Below the pieces are notes generated by a model. The model was not told the origin of the DNA, ran no database searches, and saw nothing but the letters and a program-made list of their open reading frames with translations. 64,000 bases of DNA from Histomonas meleagridis 2922-C6/04-290x (Eukaryota > Protista > Parabasalia): assembly GCA_020184695.1 (NCBI GenBank), contig JAANOX010000271.1, forward strand, positions 186,001 through 250,000, in the 5' to 3' direction. The translations under genes and the position numbers were made by a program. Below are positions 1 through 11,444 of this stretch, one piece after another; position 1 is the first letter of the stretch; each line of letters starts with the position of its first letter.

Positions 1-1017
1 GGTCAACGTGCCGTTCCCAAAAAACCAAACAATTGGAATTAAAGAAATGATCCCAATATGGCCAAAGAAATCTCCAAAGGTATCTGAAAAAGCCCAAAGG
101 ATAATGGTAATTATTGTTACAATGGATGCTTGAGTATGTTGAAATGTCCATTTTTCTTCTTCATTTGTACTTTGTACTTTTATTCTATCATGACTTCCAA
201 CGGAAAATACTTTTACTAGATAAAGCCATTGGATTAGACAAAGAGTAGTAGATGTTGGAAAAGCAAAAAAACACCATTGCAAAAATGAAATATGTGAACC
301 AGAATCATTAACAACACGAACTGCAATAACATTTTGAGGAGATGCAATTGTTGTTGGCATTCCACCACAATTGCCACTCCAAGCGATACCAAATAAAATT
401 GCTTTGGCAAAAGGATCTGTTGGATTTAGTGTCTTAATAATAGGCATTGCAAGAGATAGTGTTAAAGTCGTTGATGTAACGTTTGAAAGAAAAGATCCAA
501 CAATCATATTAAAAAGCATTAAAACAAGTAAAATTATTGATGGCCTTGGGGGAACATACCTCAAGATTGAGTGAGAAATTCTGGATGTTATATTCAGTTT
601 TTGAAGAGCTGTTGTTAGAATAAGACTTCCTAGAAATAATAAAATTATTGGATCTGTAAATCTGAATGCAAAATATTGAGCAAGTTCGCCTGCTGACATT
701 CTTTCATGTGTCTCTTTGTTAATTCCAATTCTAAACCAAACTGCTAATATTGGAATTAGATATGAAGTTGCAAAAGGAGGAATAGCTTCAGTAATCCACA
801 AAAAGCACACAGCACAAATTATTGCTAAACTTGTGTGCTCAGTAGGATAATCTGTGAGAATAGGGGATATATATATAATACAAAAAATAAAAACAGAAAT
901 TATTGGTAATTTTGATACTTTTTTCTTTTTTGGAATCACACCGACGTTGAGCTCAACTATGTCTATCGTAGAATCAACAACACTATCGTCCATAAATGGA
1001 GAATTTTGAAGATACAT
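1..1017 (-). CDS. DASS/SLC13-family (Pho87/90/91-like) anion/phosphate transporter, runs off the left edge
   Basis: Manual translation (absent from the ORF track because it is truncated): open from ATG 1017 to base 1. Hydrophobic helices and motifs WITEAIPPFATSYLIP, PIILLFLGS, SFLSNVTST, GIAWSGNCGGMPTTIASPQN. Inr-like TCATTT just upstream. Confidence 0.85.
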   Translation of the reverse strand, partial: MYLQNSPFMDDSVVDSTIDIVELNVGVIPKKKKVSKLPIISVFIFCIIYISPILTDYPTEHTSLAIICAVCFLWITEAIPPFATSYLIPILAVWFRIGINKETHERMSAGELAQYFAFRFTDPIILLFLGSLILTTALQKLNITSRISHSILRYVPPRPSIILLVLMLFNMIVGSFLSNVTSTTLTLSLAMPIIKTLNPTDPFAKAILFGIAWSGNCGGMPTTIASPQNVIAVRVVNDSGSHISFLQWCFFAFPTSTTLCLIQWLYLVKVFSVGSHDRIKVQSTNEEEKWTFQHTQASIVTIITIILWAFSDTFGDFFGHIGIISLIPIVWFFGNGTLT

Positions 1018-1830
1018 GAGGGTAAATGACCGTTAATGAGATTCGACCATTTTGTATTTCAAATTTTGATAACTTTACAATGTAGAAATCAATTTTTCTC
1101 TACAGCTTTTCAAGATGAAATTCATCACATAAATATATATTTTGCATGTTTATTTTAATATTTTTATTGTTGTTCTTTTGTTTCTTTGGGTTCTTCCTTT
1201 TTTTCGGTGTTTTCTGATTTAATTGCAGGTTTTTCATCATTTTTACTATCAATAGCTTCAATACCACGTCTTAAAGACCATTCATTTTCGAATTCTTTTA
1301 CAAGATTTTTTAATGATTGATGTGATAAAACAACAAATTTGTTAATTAGTAACCTTAACAGTATTTGCTTAATTTAGATGTGAAAGCTGCTTGTCCACTT
1401 TTTTTTACTCACACTTTTTATCAGTTTTGTTGTGATAAAAACTTAACTCCAAAATTTTAACTAAAGAGTATTTTGGTTTATACTCGGATTTTGTCATAAG
1501 CTATCATTAATAAAATAAAGAGAGATTTTAATATTGTCCATCAAATATTCCTTGATACTTTGTGTGTTTAATATATATATTCCATATATAATATATATAA
1601 ATCCAATTCATGCATATACAGCCAAAAAAAATCATATGTTCGAAGTATCAAATTGATTAAAAAGCTACTTCAATATTTCATTTAACATAATTTAAATTAA
1701 GCTTAATCACTTCTTTGTGTTTGGTATTAAGAATAACTTAAAAAAAAAATGCGTTCAAGTGCAGAACAAAGGTTTGAATGTATTTTATTGATTGTTTAAT
1801 TCATTTTTTTTTTTAAATAAGATTTTTTAC

Positions 1831-2726
1831 TTAAAATATTTCTATTCCTTGATTAATGAATATTGCCATTTCTTCATTATCAGCTGCTATAGCTTTTGAA
1901 GCGTAAGTATTTCCTGCATATTGTGACATACCTTCAACGCATAAAAACCATTTCGTTATATCATTATAAGCCTTACATTCCAACATTTCATACACATCTG
2001 GATAAACTAATTGACATATAGCCTTATCATGATTACTATAGACGCTCTCAACATTTCGCCATACAAATTCGACTTCACCATCATCTTCCAATTCAACTAA
2101 GCAATCAACATTAAAGTAATTTGCTGCAAGGTGATATTTCCCTTTAATACTTTTCCCAAATTTCTTTTCAAAATATTTCACTAATGTCCCTTCACCACTC
2201 ACAATACAATAATCAATAATCGAATCATTAATTTCTTCTTTGGTATAATTCCATTAACTAATTTTTTGACACATTTTTTAGAATTACAATGACATGCAAG
2301 TTCAAGTAATGTTGGAACGTTTTCATAATGGAAAAATGGACTTAAATTAATTTTCGTGTTTTTGTTTTTATGTTGTTCATTCATTATTTGAAGCATTTTT
2401 TCAGAATCATCTTCAAAAATCGCTCTTTCAATCGTGCCTTCAAGATAAATATGATAAATCATATCTCTGGTAATCGTTTCTTCTTTTGAATCATATATGA
2501 ATTTATTATTCGTATTATGAAATAAATCACAAAAACATTGGAAATTCGTCTCATTTTTTTCTCGTATTTCTTGTTCTGTAATTCCTCCTAGATCATATAC
2601 TCGTCTAAGAATTGTATTACTTTCCTTAAATAATTCATTTATTTTATTATTTAATGGTTGCATCATTCGAAATCGATCAACTCTCTCATCAAGTATTTTC
2701 CATTTCTTTTGTGAAAGCTTTCCCAT
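1831..2726 (-). pseudogene. Frameshifted DUF3447/ankyrin-like gene (ORFs 2199-2726 and 1831-2202)
   Basis: LLELACHCNSKKCVKKL resembles the LIDYAAFFGSIKCFKYL motif of the other paralogues. The second frame (KEEINDSIIDYCIVSGEG) overlaps the end of the first, so one frameshift near 2240 joins them. Could be a sequencing error. Confidence 0.5.
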
Positions 2727-2993
2727 TGAACAATGAAGTGATTAAAGACAACGTGGTTCAATTTCAAAATTGGCATTTTTTTTCTATATGTGGAATTTTC
2801 GAAATAGCCAAAATAACTTAAATTTTTCGACAAAGATTATTTCAAATGTCAAGTGATGAATACTGTAAACCATCATAAGTGGTGTCATGTGTTTTGGTAG
2901 TAGATAAGAGAATTTTAAAATTTGAATTGAATCTCATATTGTTTTAGGATTATTGTTTATTTATCCAGCATTTTTTTTTTAGTAAATCTCGAC

Positions 2994-3067
2994 GCACTCA
3001 TAGCTCAGTCGGTTAGAGCGTTGAGCTTATGCCTCAAAGGTCCTGGGTTCGAGTCCCCGTGGGTGCA
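2994..3067 (+). tRNA. tRNA-Ile (anticodon TAT), intronless
   Basis: Acceptor GCACTCA/TGGGTGC, D arm GCTC..GAGC, anticodon arm TTGAG-CTTATGC-CTCAA, TTCGAGT T-loop, discriminator A, followed by an oligo-T run. Confidence 0.9.
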
Positions 3068-3261
3068 TTTTTTTATTAAAAAAACGTTAAGCATAGAAAG
3101 AAATTAACAACGATAGATGAAAACAAAATTTAAATAACACCACAACAAATTTCAGATTTTACTTACTTAAATTAATATTTTATTTAATAATAATAAATTT
3201 TTTTTCTTATTTTTATACATATATATATATATATATGTATATAAAACATTTATCAAATTTT

Positions 3262-4295
3262 CTATGCGAACAAATTTGATTTCAAATAAAACTTATGATT
3301 TTCGTTAAACATTGGTTGGAAGTAATCATATTTAAACGATGCCTCACTTCTAAATTGCATTCTTCTTTCTATTTGCTTTGATTCTGATTCCATCATTAAC
3401 GCTAATCCGACCACTGCACCTATTGACAATTGTGAAAATATTTTATCCCAAATTTGTAATATGTGCGAAGTCGAACATTTTTCTATTTTAGAGAATGATG
3501 GATATGAATAACTGATTAATGCCGCTGAATAACACATCATTAAGTGGTGCGGATTCTCGGATGCTATTGTTGAATCCCAAAGTCTTTCAAGTGTTTCTTC
3601 CTCTAGTGATCTTCGATATCCCAACATATACGACGAAACCAAGAAATTCAAATCGTTCATTTCATAACTCGAAAGCCATTCGCTGCAACGCGTATCATTC
3701 TCTGATTTGATCTGGAAAACATGCGGTAAGTCTTTGTTCTACAAATTCGTTCAACAAATGACGCAAAACACCAAAATGCAATTGCTTCGTAATCTTCGAT
3801 CTTATTCATTTTGATTTCATCTTCACCAACATTATGTCATGTTTCTTTAGTTGTTTTCTTGCCTTCTTTATCTACAACTTAATCTACTTGAACCCAACGA
3901 TTACCAATTCTTTTAATTTTAGAAATATAAGTCTTTTCTCCATCATTAGTTTGTTCACGAATTTCTTCGAATTTTTCATTACCATTAAAGTATCTTTGTG
4001 ATGAATAAGTTCTATAATAATTTTGTGGAATATAATTTTCATTCTTTTTAACAATCTTTTGTTGTGTTTCTTCTTTAGGTTTTTCTTCTTTTTGTTCCTT
4101 TTGTTCTTTCTCTTCTTTAGGTTTATCTTGTTCAATCATATTATTAAATTCTTCATCAAATGCATCAGCAAATAAGGAATTTAAACGATGTTCAAGATTA
4201 TTAAAGTATCTATTCATCGCATTAAATGGATAATAAATTCTTATTGGTCTATATTCGAATGGATCATAAAATGGATCAGTAAAATAACCAAACAT
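3262..4295 (-). pseudogene. Disrupted chimeric locus: MLF-like 5' part joined to a TBC (Rab-GAP)-like 3' part
   Basis: ORF 4295-3879 continues in frame past TAA (3881-3879) and TGA (3839-3837) as VVDKEGKKTTKET*HNVGEDE, then EAIAFWCFASFVE. After a frameshift, ORF 3660-3262 reads YRRSLEEETLERLWD (TBC-like). Family calls are from remembered motifs. Confidence 0.45.
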
Positions 4296-5211
4296 ACTTA
4301 AAAAATGAAATTAAAGCTTAAATGTTCATTAGTTCAGTATTTAAATCACCACATTAATTGAATTTTTCAGTAATTAAATAACCGATCAAATAACTTTTAA
4401 AAAATATGTATCGTTGACTTTTGTATGGTTTATATTAGAATAAATTTTATTATTAATATTTTGGGGCTCTGTCCCAATTTACAGATTGCGAGTATATATG
4501 TGATATTTACTGAATTCGATTATAATATATTTATAGCTATATTCCTATTAATCAAGTAGATGAATATCATACCTCGATCAATTTACTTTGTATAAAAATA
4601 ATTATTGAATATCAGAAATTTATTGTACAGTTATTAAAAAATATCAGCTAATATTGTTAAAAATTTTTCTAATGTGTTTCAACTTTATTTCTCATGTTAT
4701 TCCAGAATGGAATATTTGAAATATAATTTGTGTCAAACCAACACATTGAGCTTAACAATATCTGTGAAATTTCGTTTTAATTTAAAATAACTTGAAAACG
4801 ACAATAATTTTATATGATATTTAAACAAAAGTGATCAAAATTTATTTCCAGAAAAAGATATTTTTTGAAGAAAAGCAGGTTCAATGATTGATGATATGAT
4901 TTCCATACATTATGAAAATAATTAGTCCAGCCACAGGCGCTGCTCTGAAACGAGTACGCTTTTGCTATATTCAATTCATGGCAAATGACAGCATATTTAT
5001 TCAATTATGTTTTTCTTTTGTGTTGTCTAGTTAAATTCAAAATTTGATGAAAATTTAACCGAAAAGATTTTGATTGGAATAACTTGGAACGATCGTTCAA
5101 TTCCATCTGTTTTATACAAATATTAGTTAAATTTCAATGATTGAGTTTCACAAAACGACAACACACAAAATTGTATGGATATCGGTTCTTACCTGATTCC
5201 TCACAATTTTC

Positions 5212-7323
5212 ATGTTTGCTCTGCTTCTAAGCTGTGTATTTGCAGCTGAATCTGATAAAATTGATCTTAGAGTAAGCTATGATGGTACACGCGTTGTTTT
5301 AAACTGGACGGGATTTCATGATACTCAAAATATTTATTATACAGTATATTCTTCAAGTGACAATGGAGCAAACTGGAAGCCAGTAAGTTCATTCGATTAC
5401 AACACCACACAAGACGTTAAAGTTCTCAACGTTTATCCCACTAGTGGCATAACTTCAGTAACTTTTAATTTTGATGATGGAACATCACTTAATGCTCCTC
5501 GATCTGCTGCTTTGAAAGTTTGGATGGAAGGTGGTACTTACACATATAATGGTAATACTTATGATTTCGTTCCCTATGGGTTAAATCCATATACTAAAAA
5601 GCAAATCATTCATGTCACCCCCATGACAATTGGCGATTTTGACAGTATGTCATTAGAAGACATGAGAAAATATGATGTAATTGTATTTGGAACATGGGAT
5701 AGTAATGGTAATCAATACTCAAGTGACGCAGCAGTTGATCGTGTTAGCCAATACATTGATCTTGGTTATGGTGTTCTCATTGGTCATGATGTTGTTGGTT
5801 CAGGATATGGAAATGAAGTTGGCATGGGTCGTATTGTTGATAAATTTGGTATTTTACTTGGTACAGCAGACTGTGGTGTTTCCAAATGTTCTCCAGGTAC
5901 CCTTGATGCTAAATGGCGTTATTATTCAGAAGAGGTTAAAGTTATAAAATCTGGTCTTCTTACACAATTCCCACATCAAATTGATCAGAATAGTATTCTT
6001 AGTATTCCACTTACACATACATGTGAAAATGCCGCATTTGCTGATGTATGGATGGAACTTGGCACCCGTTATTCATATAGCTATGAAAGTGACTTTGAAA
6101 CCCCGCAAAATTACGAATGGAATCTTCCTGGATATTCAGAAACCAGACATGGTAATCCATATTATTATTTGACATCATATCGAAACACAGCAATGATTGC
6201 CACTGGTCACAGTAACTGTGAATCCACAGATGATGAACGTAAAGTTCTTGCCAATACCATCTATTATTTATTCCAACGAACATCTAATCAATTTTCATAT
6301 GACAATTCCATTGAAGATACAAAAGCACCAAATACACCAACAATTACACGAGTTGCAGGTGAAAGGTCAGTCAAAGTATATGCTGAAGATCAAACAGAGA
6401 AATATATGTATCGCGTTGTAGGAATTACATATGATGGCAATCACCAATACGAATCAGATAACGAAGAATTTATTCTTCCAACCGGAATTGCATATTATTA
6501 TTATATTGTTGATAAGAATCCGCAAACAGTTATCACACTTACTACACCGAATGTTCAAAAGACAACATCAACAAAGATCGAAAACATAGTTGACGACAAT
6601 GTATACATTCATGTTGCTGCTGTTGATTTATCAGGCAAGATAAGTGGTACAGCGCATCATTACATCGCCGCTGATCCAACATATACATTTACACCTTCAA
6701 ATACATACACTGCGTCAAATACATACACTGCATCAAATACGTACACAGCGTCAAATACATACACTGCATCAAATAAATTTACACAAAGTAATACCTTCAC
6801 AAGAAGTAATATATTTACAGCGTCAAATAAATTTACACAAAGTAATATCTTCACAAGAAGTAATACATTTACAGCGTCAAATGCATTTACACAAAGTAAT
6901 ACCTTCACAAGAAGTAATACATTTACGCCATCAAACAAATTTACGCCATCAAATAAATTTACGCCAACAAATGTTTTCACTCCTTCAAACGGATTTACAG
7001 CATCGAATACATTTAAGTCGCCAACAGCTTCATTTGTACAATTCCCTGGTGACGAGCAACAAAACAGTGGCAAAAACAGTAACACATTATACGGCATCAT
7101 TGGCGGCGTTGCTGCTGCTGTTGTCGTAGCTGTTGTAGTCGCTGCGATACTCATCAAAATGAAGCGCGGTAAAGTCGCCCCTCCACAGCTTGATGAGGCG
7201 CCTGCAAATGATGGCGTAGAACAGCCAGCGGTCTCATACGATAACCCACTTTTCGGTAACGACGAAGAAGATCCATTCGCTGACGACTTCGCAGTAACAA
7301 TTGAAGAAAGAAATGGACTCTAA
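5212..7323 (+). CDS. Type I membrane surface protein (703 aa): signal peptide, globular domain, Thr/Ser stalk, TM, YDNPLF tail
   Basis: N-terminal MFALLLSCVFA, TM GIIGGVAAAVVVAVVVAAILI, cytoplasmic acidic DNPLF motif. Inr-like TCACA at 5201. Confidence 0.85.
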   Translation: MFALLLSCVFAAESDKIDLRVSYDGTRVVLNWTGFHDTQNIYYTVYSSSDNGANWKPVSSFDYNTTQDVKVLNVYPTSGITSVTFNFDDGTSLNAPRSAALKVWMEGGTYTYNGNTYDFVPYGLNPYTKKQIIHVTPMTIGDFDSMSLEDMRKYDVIVFGTWDSNGNQYSSDAAVDRVSQYIDLGYGVLIGHDVVGSGYGNEVGMGRIVDKFGILLGTADCGVSKCSPGTLDAKWRYYSEEVKVIKSGLLTQFPHQIDQNSILSIPLTHTCENAAFADVWMELGTRYSYSYESDFETPQNYEWNLPGYSETRHGNPYYYLTSYRNTAMIATGHSNCESTDDERKVLANTIYYLFQRTSNQFSYDNSIEDTKAPNTPTITRVAGERSVKVYAEDQTEKYMYRVVGITYDGNHQYESDNEEFILPTGIAYYYYIVDKNPQTVITLTTPNVQKTTSTKIENIVDDNVYIHVAAVDLSGKISGTAHHYIAADPTYTFTPSNTYTASNTYTASNTYTASNTYTASNKFTQSNTFTRSNIFTASNKFTQSNIFTRSNTFTASNAFTQSNTFTRSNTFTPSNKFTPSNKFTPTNVFTPSNGFTASNTFKSPTASFVQFPGDEQQNSGKNSNTLYGIIGGVAAAVVVAVVVAAILIKMKRGKVAPPQLDEAPANDGVEQPAVSYDNPLFGNDEEDPFADDFAVTIEERNGL
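6691..7014 (+). repeat. 18-bp (6-aa) coding tandem repeat (SNTYTA / SNTFTR / SNKFTP)
   Basis: Directly visible tandem units such as ACTGCGTCAAATACATAC. Confidence 0.9.
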
Positions 7324-7741
7324 AATCCAATTGAAGGATTAAATTATTTTTTAGCGAATTTAATATTTTGGTTTTTAACTTGTGATAAATGCCTTCGGTT
7401 TTATGGATATGACAAACGAACTCAAGTAGCACTTTGTGAGGAATCTGTGAATTCTTTTGTTATCGAGAAAGAGAACGCAGACAAATAAACTCAGAAAAAC
7501 TTAACAAAATTTGTTTGCTTTTTAACGTCAGATATTCTGTGTCACTTTTTCTTGTAATGAAAAATGTCCATTAAAACATAACAAATTTATTATTGAATGG
7601 AAATTGATCGGATAATAAACAAAAGTTGGAAATTGAACATTGAAAAAGTCAGTCTAGAGCATCATGAAGAACATAACCCCAGATCGACAACCGTTCTGTA
7701 TTTGTGTAAAGTACTGAATTGTGGTGGACGTTAATGGTTAC

Positions 7742-7966
7742 ATGGAAGAAAAAATTCGGAGTTTGCTTGATGAAATTCTAAAAGCGGTGGATGGAGACAT
7801 AATGAAGCAGGATATAGCATTTGCGGCGCTGCATACTTTGTATAGTCAACTCACAGGAAGGATTCCAAAACAATTTTCTGCTAATTTTTTTTCAGATGTA
7901 AGCACGCAACATAATCTTGTTAACCATGTAGAAGAAACTGGTAAGCGTGATACCAGTATTGAATGA
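7742..7966 (+). CDS. Small hypothetical protein
   Basis: Short ORF, more GC-rich than its flanks; ATG at 7742. No recognisable motif. Confidence 0.35.
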   Translation: MEEKIRSLLDEILKAVDGDIMKQDIAFAALHTLYSQLTGRIPKQFSANFFSDVSTQHNLVNHVEETGKRDTSIE

Positions 7967-8555
7967 TATCATTTTTTAGAAGAATTTAGAAGTAGGTGCA
8001 TGAAATAGCAACAAATTATTTATAAATTTTGTGATTATTGTTTTTTTTATGTTGTTTAGTACTGTTGTAACAAAAATTAATAATTAATTGATAAATTACT
8101 TCATAGAGGAATTGATATAACAGGTATATATTTACATTGAATTAAGAAAAAATCACATTGCTCGATAGGTCAGCTGGACTACCTAAATTTTAAATGTTTA
8201 TTTATATGAAATGTTGAAAATGAATCATAAAAATATGAAAGCACACAATAAAATTGGGAAAGGCAAAAAGTTTTCAATTATTCTCATAACTTTATGATAT
8301 TGTATATTAATTAAAACAGCTATTAATGAATAAGATGCTTTATTCCCTGATAGTTAATGAACTTCAAGTTTGTTCTTAAGTTGATATTCCATTTTAAATC
8401 AATATTGCAGTTTTCAAATCTTCATATATTGAACTCTGTTTTCAAATTCGTTATGAAAAATCCAAAAAATTTTATAGAACTTCTTCTTATTAACATTAAT
8501 GTTAAAATAGATAACTTATTTCAAAAATTCTTTATATATAACAAAATACCGAATA

Positions 8556-9824
8556 TTAAACGATTTGCTCCAGTTCAATTCTTTTTGGTATATGATCAAG
8601 GAGCACCAGTTTTTTATTTGCTTCTCTTAAGTACTTTAGAGCTTTACTTTCGTTTTTCTCATGTTCTTTTTGTATTACAATTATTGGAGCATCAATTTTC
8701 AACCAAATTCCAGCTAAAACCAAATTATTATCATCTACAGTCACGAAAGCTTTGGCCATTGATATTTTCATGATTAAATCACTAAAGTTTTCATATTTTA
8801 AGCTTTCTATATCGGAATTATTTCCATCTATTTCTATATTATTTGTAAAAATTATATTTGTTTTATTAATAGAAAATTGCGTTCTATTAACTATCATTTG
8901 GAAGCGTATTCCTCCAATTATTTTATCATCTCTTTTACTAATTTTTAGGTTTTTAAAACATATATTATCTCTTTTAATTAATTTCCCATTCGAAACCTTA
9001 TTCACAAGATTTAAAATGTTATAATCAATATCATTCCTAGCAAAGATAATCGATTTACCATTACGTGAGCCAAAAAAAGATGGAACAAGAACAGATTCGA
9101 AAAAATCTAAAAAATTCATTTCACTTAAATTTTCATTGGACAGCATCAAAACATTGGAATACGTTTTTGTTCGTTGCGAAAATGAAGAAAAATTTTCTTG
9201 AACAAATGTTACATCATCACCAAGATAGATATTACTTTTTAGGTGATTAGTCACACTTGAGGTTAAAAGGATGAAATTTGATTCGTTGATGCAAACATTT
9301 GTGATGTGATGATTTTGATTGATGAAACTTGATTGAGGAAATCCATCGTCAGAGGTGACATACCCGCTAACTGTGGTTATATGCTTGTCAATGCACCACA
9401 CCTGAACAGAAACATTTCCTTCTTGCATCATTTCAAAGGAAATTGTTTGGATATTTTCAGATAGTCGTGAAATACTTGTGTGGTTTGATGCCCTAACTTC
9501 ATGAGACAGAAAAGTACCATCAACAAAAACACGAAAAAATCTCCAATATTGGTCTGAAAAATCCGATTTTTCAAAATTATATTGTATTCGAAACTCACTT
9601 CCAATAAAAAATGTCTTTATGTTTGATATTGCGTTACACTCTGGACATGTTTCATTCTCTAGAAAATTTGGTAAAATAAATTTTGTGTAATTATCACCTT
9701 GTTTATAAAATTTTCCGAATAAGCTAATGATAAAAAGCAGAGCAATAAATCCAACCATAGTGGAACAGGGGGTTCTGCTGAAAACGAAATTAAGGATGTT
9801 GAATTTAGGGGAATAGTTTTTCAT
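8556..9824 (-). CDS. Hypothetical membrane-anchored protein (422 aa), possibly a degenerate GT61-like glycosyltransferase
   Basis: N-terminal TM (VGFIALLFIISLF). C-terminal ISMAKAFVTVDDNNLVLAGIWLKIDAPIIVI weakly resembles the GT61 C-terminus. Confidence 0.5.
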   Translation of the reverse strand: MKNYSPKFNILNFVFSRTPCSTMVGFIALLFIISLFGKFYKQGDNYTKFILPNFLENETCPECNAISNIKTFFIGSEFRIQYNFEKSDFSDQYWRFFRVFVDGTFLSHEVRASNHTSISRLSENIQTISFEMMQEGNVSVQVWCIDKHITTVSGYVTSDDGFPQSSFINQNHHITNVCINESNFILLTSSVTNHLKSNIYLGDDVTFVQENFSSFSQRTKTYSNVLMLSNENLSEMNFLDFFESVLVPSFFGSRNGKSIIFARNDIDYNILNLVNKVSNGKLIKRDNICFKNLKISKRDDKIIGGIRFQMIVNRTQFSINKTNIIFTNNIEIDGNNSDIESLKYENFSDLIMKISMAKAFVTVDDNNLVLAGIWLKIDAPIIVIQKEHEKNESKALKYLREANKKLVLLDHIPKRIELEQIV

Positions 9825-10120
9825 CTGCTTGAGAAGATCTCTTTTTTGATGATTGACTACTTTTTAACTTCCACAAAAAATTAACACTTTTTGCAATAAA
9901 CCTCAAAAATAATCAGAACGATCAAATCTCATTCTTTCTCCGAGATAAACTATTCAAAACGAAATATGTAAATTTTTTTATTCTTCCCTTGACAAAGATT
10001 TTTAAAGATATTTAAGAATTAAGGCGCTGAATTAAGCCCAAAAAAGAAGTGATCTTAAAGCCCAAAAATGCCACAAAACCAAGATATATATAAAAATTTT
10101 TACTAATGTTATAAAATTGA

Positions 10121-10207
10121 CTTGGATTGATCATGACATTCCGCACACACTACACAATTCCATTGAAATGCTTCGCATTCCATTTCATTGTGGTGTGCTT
10201 TACCAAG
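10121..10207. ncRNA. Candidate structured RNA (nested multi-stem hairpin)
   Basis: Intergenic and GC-enriched, with nested complementary pairs CTTGG/CCAAG, GCACAC/GTGTGC, CACAAT/ATTGTG and GAAAT/ATTTC. Confidence 0.35.
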
Positions 10208-10400
10208 CAAGCATGTAATTTAATTTTCTAAAACAAAAAATTTTGTTTAGCTTTTTATCAATCAACATATAAATTACACAAAACAAATTATGGAATTTTT
10301 CTCGTTTCTTTTTGTATTGCTAACACATTTTTGTTCAAGTAAAAGTATTTACTTTAACTACGATTAAAAGTAAAATTAATACAAATAACATGTTATTTAT

Positions 10401-10943
10401 ATGGAACCAAATATTTCGTTAATAAGTGATACAATTTTCAATCATAAAAATATTATATATAATTATTATTTAAGAGGAATTCCTAAAATCGAAACAAATA
10501 CATTAATTTCTAAACCTCAACAAATTATCATGAATTATATGCTAACTGAAAATGAGAATGATATTAATAATTATATTGGTTCTACAAATGAAATTTATTG
10601 TACAGATAATTCATATTTTAATCTGACTAATTGCAATGATTATCTAAAATTAATTTATTTCAATTTAAGCATTGAAGATTTTAATGGAGAAAATTCACGA
10701 TTAAAAGCATTTTGTTCAAATAAAGTTAATACATTAAAGGATAAAGTTATGACATGTATCAATGTAAATTTAACATCAGCACCACATTTGCCAGGAACAA
10801 CCGATAACATTTCTTACGATAAAACAGGTTTAATGAAAAGTTCTGCTATAATAATTTCAGCGATTGTAGTAGTTGTAATCATATTAATAATGATCGGAGT
10901 TTTCTTATATATATATATATATAAAAAGATAAACAACAAATGA
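10401..10943 (+). CDS. Membrane-anchored protein fragment (possibly disrupted)
   Basis: C-terminal TM AIIISAIVVVVIILIMIGVFL. A signal-peptide-like ATG at 10290 is in the same frame but separated by several stops. Confidence 0.45.
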   Translation: MEPNISLISDTIFNHKNIIYNYYLRGIPKIETNTLISKPQQIIMNYMLTENENDINNYIGSTNEIYCTDNSYFNLTNCNDYLKLIYFNLSIEDFNGENSRLKAFCSNKVNTLKDKVMTCINVNLTSAPHLPGTTDNISYDKTGLMKSSAIIISAIVVVVIILIMIGVFLYIYIYKKINNK

Positions 10944-11444
10944 ATACGTATCAACCAAGTTATACCGAAAATAATGCTGCTATATTTAATCAAGGTGATG
11001 AGTAAAGTAATTTTTACTAGTTTTTATTCTATTTTTTGAATGAATTTTAGGAATAAACTCAATAATGGATGTTCATTGACATATTATAATAAATTTTCAG
11101 AAATTTTAATGTCAAAAAACGTAAAACATAGAAACCAAATTTGAGAAGGATTTTTTAAAAAATCACATGATTCGCAACTTTTGATTATTTGGAAGAATGA
11201 AAAAATATATAGAAAATAAAAAGATAAAAGATGAACATGACCCAAAATCATTCATTTTAAGCTGATGGGAAACCGTAAGTTTTGAAGAGTATCAAAATGT
11301 CTTTGAAGAATGGATGAAGAGGGGAATACTTCAACACAAATAAATAAAAATGAAAAAATTCCTTTTATTGAGTAAATGGTTAAATTAAAGGGGTTCATAA
11401 AATATTTAGCCCCTATATCTTTCAAGAGAATACAAAAATTATTT

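Noticed and set aside
841-900. Suspected frameshift at the (TA)n run in the transporter gene
   Set aside because: Careful translation shows the frame is continuous (IFCIIYISPILTD).
3837-3881. Stop-codon reassignment (TAA=Glu/Gln, TGA=Trp)
   Set aside because: Long Gln/Glu-rich ORFs (2314, 1384 and 1150 aa) contain no in-frame TAA, and genes end normally in TAA/TAG/TGA. Sporadic stops fit mutation or sequencing error.
6644-7432. Overlapping alternative-frame and antisense ORFs here and over the USP, repeat, MCM3, SMP and coiled-coil genes
   Set aside because: These are shadow ORFs caused by repeats and codon bias of the real genes, with no independent motifs.
11390-11415. Small GC-stem hairpins (AGGGGTT..AGCCCCT; also near 4461-4478, 8166-8185, 57289-57303)
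   Set aside because: Short and isolated, with no shared consensus, so insufficient to call an element.
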